64,000 nt of DNA from positions 1 to 64,000 of the forward strand of contig NW_026930547.1 in the NCBI RefSeq assembly GCF_032062105.1, written 5' to 3'. A program made the translations under genes and the position numbers. Positions 1-14,200 of the stretch are shown piece by piece. The notes beneath the pieces were generated by a model, which searched no databases, was not told the DNA's origin, and saw only the letters and a list, made by a program, of their open reading frames with translations. Position 1 is the first letter of the stretch, and each line of letters starts with the position of its first letter. The DNA comes from Saccostrea cucullata (lineage: Eukaryota).

Positions 1-492
1 GTATCTTAGTGTAATCTACTTGTGTGACAAGTTATATTGAAATCAGACCAAAACTGTAGGAGGAGTAGCATTTTGAAAAAAATTTCACAGAAAATTCTAT
101 TTTTAGTAACCACGGCAACACTGTTCATCGAAATCAAAAACCTATGTATAGAATTATGTATCTTAGTGCAGTCTACTTGTGTGCCAAGTTATATTGAAAT
201 CAGACCAAACTTTAGGAGGAGTAGCATTTTGAAATAATTTTACAGAAATTTCTATTTTTAGTAACCACGGTAACAACGTTCATCGAAATCAAAAACCGAT
301 AAAACGAATTATGTATCTTAATGTAGTCTATTTGTGTGCCAAGTTATATTGAAATCAGACCAAAACTGTAAGAGGAGTAGCATTTTGAAAAATTGTTTAC
401 AGACAGACGGACAGACAGACAGCTAGACGGACGGACCCCGGACGCATTACTATCGCATAAGCTCTTCTGGTCTCTGACCAGTACAGCTAAAA
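1..492 (+). mobile_element. 3' part of a non-autonomous Helentron-associated (HINE/CvA-type) element with ~156-bp tandem core repeats
   Basis: Unit GTATCTTAGTGTAATCTACTTGTGTG recurs at 1, 158 and 313, followed by a GACA/GACG microsatellite (~399-435) and a terminal AGCT...AGCT hairpin region plus A-run. This matches the bivalve HINE layout. Confidence 0.7.
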
Positions 493-1012
493 ATAAAGAT
501 AATAATAAAAAGAATTTATGTAAAGAATAATACATGTATGTAGCCCACAATATTTTTTTCTTTATTGCATCAATACTAGTATTAATTTTGATAGATTAGA
601 CAATAAGAACCTTTGTGTGCTGTTGGTTTTATTTGTTTAAAAAAATTATGATAGTGAATGAACGGCTGTGCATGCCTTGTAAGGCCCACTTTAAAAGTAG
701 CTAAAAACTATATTCAAAAAAGGATTCCAACACCCCAGATGCTTTGATAAAAAATCAAGAATTTAAATAAATGTAGTGTAATTTGAAAAAAAAAAGAATT
801 CAAAGAAGAGTTTTCCAAATTATCTCATATAAAACACCAGTTTTCAATTAGAAAATACCCGGTATGACATCTTTTTTTTTTAATTCATATAACACAGAAC
901 TATTTTTTTAAAGACTATGGCTGCTACAACCACCAAACGGCCACAGCATTCCACTCATGCCCATCGCCCACATTCCCACGGAACACGCCCCACTCATGAG
1001 GCGTCAGTGGGA

Positions 1013-2625
1013 GAATCTTTCTCATTCTACTACGACTACCACACGGTAAGAATCATTTACTACGACTACCACTCGGTAAGAATTCTCATTCTCTGACTAC
1101 GACTACCACACGGTAAAAACGGTAAGAAATTATTAGACCACCACACTACTTCCACGACTACCACACGGTAAAAATTCTCATTCTACTACGACCACCACAC
1201 GGTAAGAATTATTCTACTTCCACCACCACACGGTAAAAATTTTCATTCTACTTCGACCACCACACGGTAAGAATCATTCTACTTCAACTACCACACGGTA
1301 AGAATTCTCATTCTACTTCGACCACCACACGGTAAAAATTCTCATTCTACTACGACCACCACACGGTAAGAATTCTCATTCTACTTAGACCACCACACGG
1401 TAAGAATTCTCATTCTACTACGACTACCACTCGGTAAGAATTCTCATTCTACTTCGACCACCACACATCACACGACCACCACACAGTAAGAATTCTCATT
1501 CTACTTCAACTACCACACGGTTAAAATTCTAATTCTACTCCGACCACCACACGGTAAGAATTCTCATTCTACTTCGACACCACACGGTAAAAATTCTCAT
1601 TCTACTATGACTACCACTCGGTAAGACCATACGACCACACGGTAACGACCACCACACGGTTCTACGACCACCACATCACTTCTACTACGACTACCACACG
1701 GTAAGAATTCTCATTCTACTACGACTACCACACGGTAAGAATTCTCATTCTACTACGACTACCACTCGGTAAGAATTCTCATTCTACTACGACCACCACA
1801 CGGTAAGAATTATTCTACTATGACTACCACACAGTAAGAATTCTCATTCTACTACGACTACCACTCGGTAAGAATTCTCATTCTATTTCGACCACCACTC
1901 GGTAAGAATTCTCATTCTACTACGACTACCACACGGTAAGAACCTCTAACGACTACCACTCGGTTGTTAAGCTACTACGACCACCACACAGTAAGAATTC
2001 TCATTCTCTACGACTACCATGTTTGACCAACTGTAAGAAATCTTGACTACCACAGTGAAGTTTGACTCGGTAAATTACGACCACCACACGGTAATTCTAC
2101 GACCACCACACGGTAAGAATTTTTTACTACGACTACCACACGGTAAGAATTCTCATTCTACTTCGACCACCACTCTGTAAGAATTCTCATTCTTACGACT
2201 ACCACACGGTAAGAATTCTCATTCTACTACGACTACCACTCGGTAAGAATTCTCATTCTACTACGACCACCACACGGTAAGAATTATTCTACTACGACCA
2301 CCACACGGTAAGAATTCTCATTCTACTACGACTACCACTCGGTAAGAATTCTCATTCTACTTCGACCACCACTCTGTAAGAATTCTCATTCTACTACGAC
2401 TACCACACGGTAAGAATTCTCATTCTACTACGACTACCACTCGGTAAGAATTCTCATTCTACTACGACCACCACACGGTAAGAATTATTCTACTACGACC
2501 ACCACACGGTAAGAATTCTCATTCTACTACGACTACCACACGGTAAGAATTCTCATTCTGCTACGACTACCACACGGTAAGAATTCTCATTCTACTATGA
2601 CTACCATACGGTAAGAATTCTCATC
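1013..2625. repeat. 34-bp tandem minisatellite (~45 units), consensus CGGTAAGAATTCTCATTCTACTACGAC(T/C)ACCACA
   Basis: Period of 34 nt (e.g. 2341 to 2375); 31-nt variants lack CTC; degenerate patches at ~1620-1680 and ~1940-2100. Confidence 0.95.
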
Positions 2626-2644
2626 ACTTCTAGAGGGCAGACTT

Positions 2645-3055
2645 AATAATAATAATAATAATAGTAATACTTTATTTTAAGATGGTAACCCGATTAATGC
2701 AATGCACTAGTCTTCCTCGGGGCCCTCTAAGCATGTTCACAATAATACAATAATAAATTAATAAAATCAGTGTACAATAACAAATAATGCAACATGACGT
2801 AAAAATACAAGTACATATAGATTTTAGGACATTCTAGTTGCGACACGCTATAATAAATGTTTCTACATTTTTACAAAATGTGTGTAAATTCTGTGAAAAA
2901 CGTATATACAAAGGTAATTTGTTCCATAAATGAACACCGGAATTATGAAAAGAATTTAAGGTTATCAGATTCCAGTGTACTTGTAGTGAATGCTTTTCCT
3001 TTACAAAATCAGTAGTCTGTTGTTGCAGGTAGTCTGATGTTTGAAAAATTTGCAA
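2645..3055 (-). mobile_element. 3' end fragment of a CR1/L2-clade LINE
   Basis: Minus ORF 2834-3055 has SFHNSGVHLWNKLPLYIR...LHTFCK, like the conserved C-terminal SF..G..LWN.LP..IR...L..FK motif of CR1/L2 ORF2, followed by a 3' UTR and a (TTA)n tail at 2645-2669. Confidence 0.6.
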
Positions 3056-4438
3056 AGTGAATTTTGCTTATTTAGGACAAATTCTTATTGGCTTTTTAAT
3101 ACATTACATTACAGCATGTTTTGTCAGTAAGATCTGGACATACCTGTTACCTGTATAAAACAAGTTCCCAGGAACAGATGGACATTCATTCGTCACATGG
3201 ACTTCATACAATCGAGGTAAAAAAGAAGAGATTAAACAATTTGCTAATAGTCAACTAAATATTGTCCAAAAGCGCAATGTGATTTTGATCAGAAAAACCC
3301 TGGGTAGTTACAATATTGGACAAATCCGAAAATAGCTTTTGAACATCCACAGCTTCTTTGGTTCTTTACAAATAGACAAAAAGAGCCCAAAAAGTCGCTC
3401 CATATAGGCAAATTTATTTCGCAAAAGACATAAAACTGAGTGAGTTCTTTTAAAAAACTTGAAATTAGGTTCACTGGAAGGACAAAATGTTTTACAAACA
3501 TCTTTTTATAAATGATAAAATGTTCGTTTCTTAGAATATAAAACTGTAAACAAATTCCTTGTCGATTGGAAGGCATTAAAACTGAGATAATTTTAATACT
3601 TGCCTTTTTCATGTTTTTATCTTTATATTTTAGAGGTATTTTCAAATCTGAACACTGTATTTATGAATTGATTACAATTAAACAAAAAATAACACCCATT
3701 TTTCTTCTGAAATTCAAAATACATTTATATAACAATTTTAAACAAGGGTACCGTAGGGTGGAGCATCATTCTCTTGCAAAGAGCATATCAATAAATCAGC
3801 ATTAAACATCGATCCCATTATATATAACGTAACTTCTGTTTTGCACAGAATCAACTAACTCACCCACTTATCCATAAACGAACAAAAAAAAGCCATTACT
3901 ATGTATTCATAGTTTATACTGTATGTCCGTTTGTAACATATTGTTACATATCCTGTGCAACATAAAGAAAAGAAACTTTGGACGAGACTCATAATTTAAT
4001 AGGTTTGAAACACCTTATCTTGTTTTTAATGTTTAAGGAGGCTGGGGGGTCAACAAATTAATCACAAATTAATTTACTTATTTTTTTAGATGTAAAAAGA
4101 CTCACAAAGAAAAAATTATCTTGTTTAAAATGTTTTAAGGAGCTCTCCTTTTTTTCTGAAAATGGCTTTTAACATTTTTAATTTTTTTCAGAAAAATGTC
4201 ATTGATATCATCGACTCAAATCCTACTATGGTCTCCATAACACATGATGCTCTGGTTGCTATGCATGCAGCACTTGGACACATATGTAACCCGAAGCACT
4301 ACACCAATATTTATCAGATTAACTAGTTTACTATAGTAAATAAGTGGACTCTACTCATTTATTTGTCAGCAAATGATATTAAAGAATCTACAAATCATTT
4401 TTTTTTTCATATAAATTCATAAAAAACAAATAGTATCA

Positions 4439-4649
4439 TAGTGTAAGCATATTATATTTGGCTGTGTATTCTTTTTAGCGCCTTTGGTGGAAAAAAAAAG
4501 TCAGCTTATTCAAGTACGACGCTAAATGTCTTGCACATATACTCATAATAAGAACATTAAGAAATGCGCTAAATCAAACACACGCTAACTTTTTCAAAAG
4601 TCAGTTTCAGCCAAATATTGTACACGCCAAATATAATACATTTACAGTA
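4439..4649. mobile_element. MITE with ~30-bp imperfect TIRs, TA-flanked
   Basis: Left TAGTGTAAGCATATTATATTTGGCTGTGTA versus right TACACGCCAAATATAATACATTTACAGTA (inverted). Confidence 0.65.
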
Positions 4650-5217
4650 GTTACTTCGCAGAGCATTACATTGTCTTAACAAATCGTAGACTTGACTGAC
4701 AGAACTACTCTTTAATCTAATGCAGAGGTGAGGAAAAATAAACTTGTTCTATTTATTGCAATGTGCACCTCTTGAATCTTGCTCTACAATTTTCTTATCC
4801 TTTTTCCTCTGCAACATTTAAGTTTCAAATATACAAAAGATTTCAAGAGAAAAATATATGCTAATCATTATTTATTTCCAACTGTAATAAAAAAAAACAG
4901 AAAGTACATTATGAAAAATGCATGTTGAAGAATGCACATTTTAAATAAATGGCAATTTCTAAATACCTGTATTTCCACACAGGTATAAAAAGCATTGTTT
5001 AATGGGTGTTGCTTTAACTAACAAAAGTTACACTACAGTTTTAAGCAAATGAAAGTAAATATATCACAGACACATTAAATAATAAACATAAAAAAATTTG
5101 TACAGTATCATAATAAAAGTCACTGGAATTCTTGGTATCTTCACATTAAATACAAGGGGAGATAATCCTACTTATTATGACACACATTTACATTTCCCTT
5201 CATTAAACAAGTCTCTC

Positions 5218-8200
5218 TTAATCGTCTTCATCGCTTTCTGCATCCAAGTACCTGCTTCCCTTCTTCATCTGAAACATCATGTTAGCTCCCACATCAGAGC
5301 AGGCTTCAGATCTCTTCTTCTACAATAAGCAACACAAAACAGTATAATTTCTCTAGGGCAAGGCAATTTGCACATTTAATGTCAAATAGTCCAATATTCA
5401 TGTTAAACTCAATTTCATACATTTAATCACCCCTACCATATAATGAATATCAAAGGATGAACAATTGTTATTAACATAGTTTATTTTATCTGATAAGTTC
5501 GTAATACATATGGCATGTAATAACTTCATTGAATGAAAATTATGTGATCACAAGTGTGTTTGCTGTAACCATGTTTCGCTGTTACATGTATTTAATGTAT
5601 TATCTTTAGCATCAATAATGTCAAAGCAATATATAACTTATATTGTAATACTAGGTCTTTGAACTTTGTGAAAGGTTAAGTGTGGACTAAAAGTTATCCC
5701 CTGTGCTCTGTAAATATATGAACGAACCAGTTTGTATGATTTGGTGAAGAATCGAGCCTTGGGTTTAGCTGCCGCCGGTTCAGAGCGTGTTCTGGCAGTG
5801 CTAGTCTCTGCCAAATCCTGCTCATTATCAGAATCTTCCTCCTCACTATCACTATAGGTTCTCCCAATAGCTTTCCTCTCTTCCTGTAAAAATAAATCAA
5901 TAATTCAGGTAATGATTTATCATTTATCAGGTAATGATTTATTGTTGTGACTCAGCCATAAACAATTATTTTTGTCATTTAATATAATAATAACAGATTT
6001 TCAGTTTTAGGTCCTACAATTATTTAACCAATAACGAAGCCTTCTTTTAAATGAAGGGAGGCATATTTTATTTTTTTCCTGCAGATTCTTTCTCATACAT
6101 TTTATTTGAGCAATATGACTCAGTTTTATATTTGGCATATGTGTTTGTATTGTCCATGTCATTTTGCAAAAGTTACATTAAACAGAGACTGTATAGACTG
6201 AAATGAGTGACCACTTATCATGTTCAATGGCAGGGGTACTGTAGATTTCGTAATTTCGCTAGAAGCATCACTTGCGAAAAAATATCACTCGCTTTTATTT
6301 TTATGGGGCTGAAATCAATGTAAAAACTAAAATCTGTTGATCAACCATCCATTCACAATTATAATTCCTGGGATTTGACGTTTAAAAGCCAGTTCCCGAT
6401 AAAAAGTACTCACGAAAAATAAGGAATCTACAGTATAATAATCCAAGGTACTTTATAAACACACAAGTTTCACCCAATTATTATCATGGATTCTCAACAC
6501 AAGCATGACAAGTAAACAGAAACTATTTAGCATACCAGGTAAATTTTTTAACATATGAAATCTAAAAAATTTTGTATTACATGAAATTCAATTTACTAGT
6601 ATTAAAACAGATATATATTCTATGATTTTTGTCCCCCGCTTGAAAAGTGGGGGATATTAATTTGGGTCTGTCCATCCGTCTGTCCATCCGTCTTTCTGTC
6701 TGTCTGTAACGTTTTTGTTTCCACACGATATCTCGAGAACCCTTTAAGCTTTTGCAATGAAATTTTGCATAGCAACTCCCTATGGACTAGAGAAGACCCC
6801 TATTAATTTTGAGGTCAAAAGGTCAAAGGTCAAGGTCATTAATTCGCAATTTCTCTCTGTTATAACACTTTCGTTTCCGCACGATATCTCGAGAACCCTT
6901 TAAACTTTTGTAATGAAATTTTACATAACAATCCCTGTGGCTTAAGGAAGACCCCTATTGATTTGAGGTCAAAAGGTCAAAATTCAAGGTCATAAATGTA
7001 TACATTCTGTTTGTGTGTAATACTATCGTTTTCGGGCGATATTTCAAGAGGATTTTGAGCTTTTGCACTATAATGTTATACCAAAAGTCCCTAGGACCTC
7101 TCTCACCCCTCCCAAAGTGTCCCGCCCCGTTTGTTTTATTAGTATTTATTGTATTACATGTCGCTATTTTTAGCACAGGGGCATGAAGGAGAGTTATTAT
7201 GTATAAAACAGGTTCTTGGCAGACTTTATATTCTTATTACATTAGAACTGTTTAAAAAAGATTAAATTAGACACCATGCATTGTGTAAAATTTTGACAAT
7301 ATATCGAACGTGAATATATACATGTATGTGACTTAATATTTGTATATAATTTTTGCCATGTTAAAGCGGCTCCGTGGTCTAGTGGTATGTCTCTTGCTTC
7401 ACAAGGGAGAGGGTCAGGGTTCGCATCCCGGAAATTCCAATTTTTTTTGGGGGGGGGGGGGGGGAAATACTTTTTTTTTTACTAAATGATAGTATTCAGC
7501 ATGGGAAATCTTTGAGGTCTGGCTTGTACAAACTCATAAAATCATCTTTACAGTGTGATAAATATTCCATATAAAAAGAATCTTCTACACACTTACATGT
7601 AATTAAGAATAATCAATCAAACCTTTATATCCATATTGGCATATTTTATTTGCTTCAGTATACATTTAATAATTCTACAAATTCAGTCAAGAGGATCCGA
7701 CCCCACCCCCCCTCCCCACCCAACCCCCGACCCCCAAACTGTGCATTGTTTACTTTTTCCCTAAGCGGGGGACACAAATTCTCTGAATTAGCTTGTTTAA
7801 ATTAATATTGCTTCCAAAATAACAGCTAGTCTTAGTTTCAAAATAAATGTCACAGAATGGAAAAACTTGCCTGCTGCCTTGCGTTGATGTAGTGATCCAT
7901 TGATTTGATTTTCCCAAACATTTTTTTGTAGGCTTTCTTTTGATGCTTTCCCTCCTCTGAGACGCTTAAAAAATTAAAAACATATCATTTTAAAAAAAGT
8001 GATAATCAAAGATTAAATCATCTCATTCACAATATGATAATCAAAAATGAAAACATCTCATCTCAAAAACTGAGATACTTAAAAATGTGGATATCTCCTC
8101 TCAAGTACTGTGACACTTAAAGATAAGAACAACACATGGCAGAACAATCAAAATTAAATTTTTCTGACTCACTTAGTAAACCTCCAGGCTAGTCTTTGGT

Positions 8201-11200
8201 TCATCAGAGCTCTACCCCTGGACTCTGTGTACTGACCCCCCAGGGCAAGGGCAGAGGTCGTCTGGGCTGTGTGGGATCCCAACACTTTTAAGTTCATATC
8301 TAGAAAAGAAAAAAAAAACATTTACACTGTAACATTAAAGCCATATTATATTATTTTTTTTATAAACAGAACATCTCTAATTAAGATGTTTGCTACAGAT
8401 ATAGTGGAGGTACATTTACAGTTGACACAAGAAGAGTGCATTTTACATTCATTCAATCAACTCTTATTTTTCACACTGTTTACTCTTTCTTTGAAGAGTA
8501 GAAAGGATATGTTTGTCATAATTTCCAAATGGAACTTTCCAGACTGTTCTTTTGATCTTCTTTCCCCAGAACTTACACTTGTTATATTATACAATTGTAA
8601 CACTATGTTTCTTTGACTCCTTTTCTCAAATTTAAGTTTCAATCAGAATCTTAAAGTACTGGAAAATATCCATGTTTTATTGCACATTCTATTAAAATGA
8701 TGGAGAAAATTGCTACAATACATAAAATCAAAAGCCTGAAAGGCTTCAATGGCGTCGAACAAGGAAAACAATTTCAAAAGATCTGCAAATAGGTCAAGTG
8801 AGTGACTCCGGTAACATAATAATAAAATCTAACACAAATACAGTATAGGGCCTGATAACGTTGTGTCCTGGTCCGAATGAGTCAGGGTTCGAATTGACCA
8901 GACATCGTCAGAAATGTCCATCCTCTATATCAATCTAATTTCTTTTCAGTCAATCGAAGACATACGAAGAGTTTCATAAATTATTTTAATTAATTGCCAT
9001 TGTCAGAGTGTTGTTCTGTTGTATAGTGATTGCATCTTAACTACAACCACGACTCTAATGTTACAAGTACGATCGACTTACGATAGGGCGCGGTAAACAA
9101 ATGGAGGAAATGGATAAATACAGTAATACTGGCATTACTGGTCAATATCGTACGTTGTTCGGCTAAAATTGGATTGACGATCCTAAAAGTAAAGCTAAGA
9201 TTAAGAAATTCATTCTTTATAGTCGTGTTGTATTCGTGTTTATTTTGTAATTATTTTACCGTATTTAAGATTGTTTGTATTATAGTAATCGTTCCCAAAA
9301 TGTGATTCATGTCATTCGACGCACCCTCTAGAAATTCATCCGCAAGAACCATAACGTTTTTCTTGCGTAAAAATTAAACATAATATCGTTGTTTTGTAGT
9401 AGTATTAATTGAAAATACAATTGATTTGATTTTATATTCAAGCTATTATTCATTGTGAACGTTTTAAAAGAAATTGGATTACAGCTGTTGTGATTTTCTA
9501 TTGCGGATGCATCCACTGACACGTGCGGTCGCGTAAACCTGACTGATCCCTAGATGACGATCGGGCAAGCCCGACGCCATAAAAAAATTAATAGCCATCT
9601 TGCACTAAAGCCATAACACTATGTTCTGTATAGATTATTTTGATATTGATTATCCCTGTATCTTACTTCTCTCTGCCTCCCGTCTGTCATACGTAATCGG
9701 ACGACTCTGTGTCAGCACCCTGAGAGCTGTGGCACCCTCGGTGTCCGTGTATTTGACCACCAGCTGGAAAGGTAACTCCTTAAGATCGTCCTGGTTTGTC
9801 TCCATGGCTTCCTCTTGTCTCCCTCCTTCTGCCTGTGGTTTCTTCTCACCTCCACTAGCTTCAATAAAACATCATAAGGCTAATCATCAAAGTTCAAAAA
9901 CTCAGAAAATTCAGTTTCTCAATGCTTAGTGTAACTTAATATCTATTTGTTTCTAGATTGTGACTTTCTTTTTGAGATGCACCATAACCCAAATGTGCAA
10001 CATGTTTAAAGAAAAAAAAATGCATTATTTGAATGACATTAAAATTCAATCTTGCAATAATGCCAGTATTTGTCTATTTTTAGAATCTCAGCTTCTTTGT
10101 TTGGCAAACTATACAATTTAAAAAATTTAGAGGTCACTGAATTTCAGGCAATGTTTCAGTATGGAAACCTCATTTTCAAATGACATAAACATGTGTTTGT
10201 GTAAGCATATACGTTTTGTAACAATTTGTAGCATTAGACTTCCTACCTTGCTCCCCCTGTCCTGATTCCTCTGGGATAACCGGGGCTTTTCCCTGATTTG
10301 TGTCAGACTGACAGCGGACTCCGTACTCGAATGTAACCTCAGTGCTAGCCGTCACGTTCCCAACATTTCTTACAACCTTGCTTGCCTCTGTTTCTTCATA
10401 ATAGAAAAAGCTAAAAAAAAAAAATACATTCAATTACATTACAAGTATAAATAAAGTGATTAAATAAAAGGGTAGAAACATATAACTTAATTCTTACAGT
10501 CGTTTATGGAGATGGCAGGTAGCTACCACATTTGTAGCAATGATCTGGTCCGCCAGAATGGTAGAAAATTCCTGAGTCAATTTTAATGGGTCAACTATGT
10601 TCACCTAAAATGTACAAATATTCAAAATTACAATATGCATATCTAATAACTTTTAAAATTGAGAGTAACTTAAATCATGCGTTTTACTAATTAGAGATGA
10701 GTACCTGCCCCCCTGTCATATCAGCTATCTTTCCCAGGTGAACCATTTTACAGTCAGTACCTTTGATACTGATAACTGACACAGCAACACTGAAAAACAA
10801 AACATTCATGACATTGAAAACAACAATCATAAATAAATACAATCTGTATTATCTAAAAAAAAAATTAATGATAAGTACAGATCCTTACATGATCTAAAGT
10901 TTAGTGTTTGTTTAATTCTTTATTTCTAGGATAATATTAAAATACAGAGTTGAGAGTAATACCTACCCCTTGTCTGCTGCCTCCTGTCCAATCCCTTCAT
11001 AAAACTGGGCCTCGTTATCCATCTCTTCTCCGTCAACGTCCAGACGACCTAGACCTACATTGGCTTTACCGTCAGTACAGATGATGACCTTTGACCCTGG
11101 GTGTTGTCCTGCCATTGTTGTCGCTATCAGTAAGGCGGGGCCTAATGCTGTAGCTCCTCCCTCTTCCAGGCTGTCAAAGCAATAGAAATTCAACAGTATG

Positions 11201-14200
11201 TACTTTCATAAGTATAGTTTTGTAACATACTTAATTTTTCTAATCATTTTCTTTGAAGTTATCATTTTTATTTAATCAATACATCAAAGTAAAATTACCT
11301 ATACTTTAAAAAGCTATGTCATGAAAGGAACTTAATGTAAATATGAAAGTTTCAGGTGCATTAACAAGGAGTTTGCAGAACAATTACAAACACTGAAAGC
11401 CTTACTCATATCTATTGGTAAGAGGAAAATATAACAGTAATCTAACTGTAATAAAACTTTAATTTTTATTCAATGAACTACTGTAAACCAACTTTTATTC
11501 GCGTGCGAGAAATTTTCGCAAATTTTGCGAAAGCCTAGTCATCATTTCTCGCCGTGAACTGGTCCTTTAAGTGTATGTGTCTATTAACAACAGATCCAAA
11601 AAGGCTTGATCGCGAAAATAAATAGTTGCGATCTAGTTTATCCGTGGTAAATACGAAATAAAGTCGTCGCGAAAAAATGTTGGGTTTACAGTATTTCATA
11701 TAATTTACATGAATATAGCACTTCTCAGTTATTTAAAATGTTGTTTTGCATACCCAAAAAGTTTATCCCCTAGAGTACCCCTGGATCCCTTGATAGCCCC
11801 TGGCATCTTGATCTCTGACCCTTTCTCCTTGAGGTCATTAGGTTTGGTCAGTTTGTCCCCAGCCACAGTGACAGGTGTCTCACTCCCATCTCCAATAATT
11901 GTTACCTACAACAGGTATACCAAGGTCACTTACAAATCTACTGTCTGCAAAACCCAAAAGTTACTAGTAAAGTATACAAAAATCTTCACAATTACTGTCA
12001 TGAAACAGCACAATTGGAAATACACTGTAATATGGTTTCCATTTCACAATCACGTTTCCAAACTTTAAAAGAAACTAACTAAAATATCAATCACTTGAAT
12101 CACAACACAATCTAAGTGTGTTACAATAAATAATTAGTCCTTGACCTCATTGTTGAAGGTGATGAGAGCCACTCGTCTGTTGGGGTGTTGTTTTCGCATT
12201 TCCTCCAGCTGGTGGTCGACGGCCGCCTGGACCGCCTGGAGACGCGACACGTACGTCACATTGCGTCGCTCGTTAGGCAGGTGCTGGTCCGATCGGTCAG
12301 TATTGAGAGACTGAAGTCTGGCCACTGATCCTCGAAGATTGATTCTACCTGGAACCTGGAAAGATGCCGATAAGTTAGAGTATTAACTCAGATAAACATG
12401 TTTATAATATTACTATAAAAGAAATTACATTTTGGCACTTTGAGAATAGTCTATGTCTCAAACTGAGAGTAAAAGCCTCTGTCCAAATTTAAAAAATAAA
12501 TATTCTATTTTTAAAAAAAAGGAAATTCCATTTACATATATTATCGTATGCAATATTAATATTATTTTCAAGATCTAAAATCAATAATAAAACAAGAACA
12601 AGATATCAGGTTTTAACAAAGTTAAAGATGAAATCTGAGGAGATTTTTAGAAAGCTTACTGTGGATGTGACACACATGCTTCCTGAGATGTCCACACAGA
12701 AAATGACCAGCGACTCATCTTTCCCGGACAGACTGCTGGACGCGGTGGACGGAGCCGGCTCTAACATGTAGGTCACGTCGTTAGAGCCCGGGATTTCCTC
12801 CTCCTCAATATCTAACTCATTCTCCGTACCACAAAACTCACAGACCCAGATCTGAAATATAAATTAGTGATAATTAAGAAAGCATTGTTAAAAGAAAATA
12901 TTACTTTCCTTTCTGGGTATTTTGTTCACTTCTTTAAGTTAAAATATGACTGATATAAATATTGATAAGAATATCTTACCAGCCATACTGAATTTTATCT
13001 TCACTTATCCCAATTCATATTCAAAAGAATGAACACTGCATCTTTAACTGTACTTGTACATACAAACATGTACATATCTTTGTTTTGGATCTTTTTATAT
13101 ATTTCATCAATATTCAAACTTTTGATTGGGACAATTGTAATTAGTTTTTACTTTCCAACCTTTTTATTTTCCTTGGAGGTAATTTTACTCAGACTGGACA
13201 GAATGACATCACAGGAAGTGCAATGTACGGGGTCACCAGTGTGCATGTTGCTAGGGGCGATGATCTTTTGAAAATCGATGGAGATTATGTTTGTATCTGC
13301 ACGGCGATGACGTTTTCCTTGCTGCTCACTTTCTGGTTTGTCTGTAGCATCTATATGATCAAGTATATATATTTAACAAATAGTACAGTTTGGTTTGTGT
13401 AAATCATGATGCATTCAAGGTCAATAAAAATCTTATTTATCTGATGGTGATTGTAAATAATTCATGAGTTAAATAATGTATTACTTATTAGGTTTTTCCA
13501 AAAAAAAAAAAAAACAACGGTATTGATACAAATTCCAAAATCTTTAAAAGTTTAGCAATTGGATAAAAAAGCAATGAACATAACAGTTTTATCTGAAAAA
13601 GTCTAAACTATCAAGTAAACTAAGTTTATGATATTCATACTTACAACTCTCCAGAGTGTCTCTCCATTTCCCAACTTTCTTTCCTCTTCTTTTTAATTTC
13701 TTTGATTTTTCAGCAGCAGGGGGTGTTGATTTTGCAGACCTTGCCCCAAAAAGTCCGGCAAATAATCCAGGTCTTGGAGCCTTAGGGGGTGGGGGAGGGG
13801 TAGGGGCTGGGGGAGAAGAAGGGGTCGAGGAGGGGCCAGCTCCCAGTGTAGGGGGAGAGCCTATGTAACAGAAAAACAAAACTTTGTAGAATCAACAAAT
13901 ACAATTTTCAAATGCAATTTACCACTTTATAAGAATTTAAACTTTTATTGATAGGATGATTAATTCAAGATTCATAGTGAAAAACAAAAAAATGGTAATG
14001 TATCTAAATTAAACATGATATATAATCTTCTTTATTGAAAAATACAGCCTTATATAATTTTTATTGAAAATTATGTCAGATATTTATTTTATCATCTTTA
14101 TGCTGAGTTCATGCTCAACTGTTTAAATAATTATAATCTTTCAGCTGCCCTTTTGATTATGTTTTATTTACTTCATCAGCAGTAAGCACAAAAACATAAT

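Noticed and set aside
1013-2625. CRISPR array (34-bp repeat length)
   Set aside because: Units are contiguous with no unique spacers, there are no cas genes, and the context is eukaryotic.
7368-7435. Functional tRNA gene
   Set aside because: No closing acceptor stem, weak anticodon stem, embedded in a repeat.
13656-13868. Gly-rich plus-strand ORF (also 9621-9929, 11709-12068, 25313-25501, 42168-42440)
   Set aside because: Antisense shadows of real exons.
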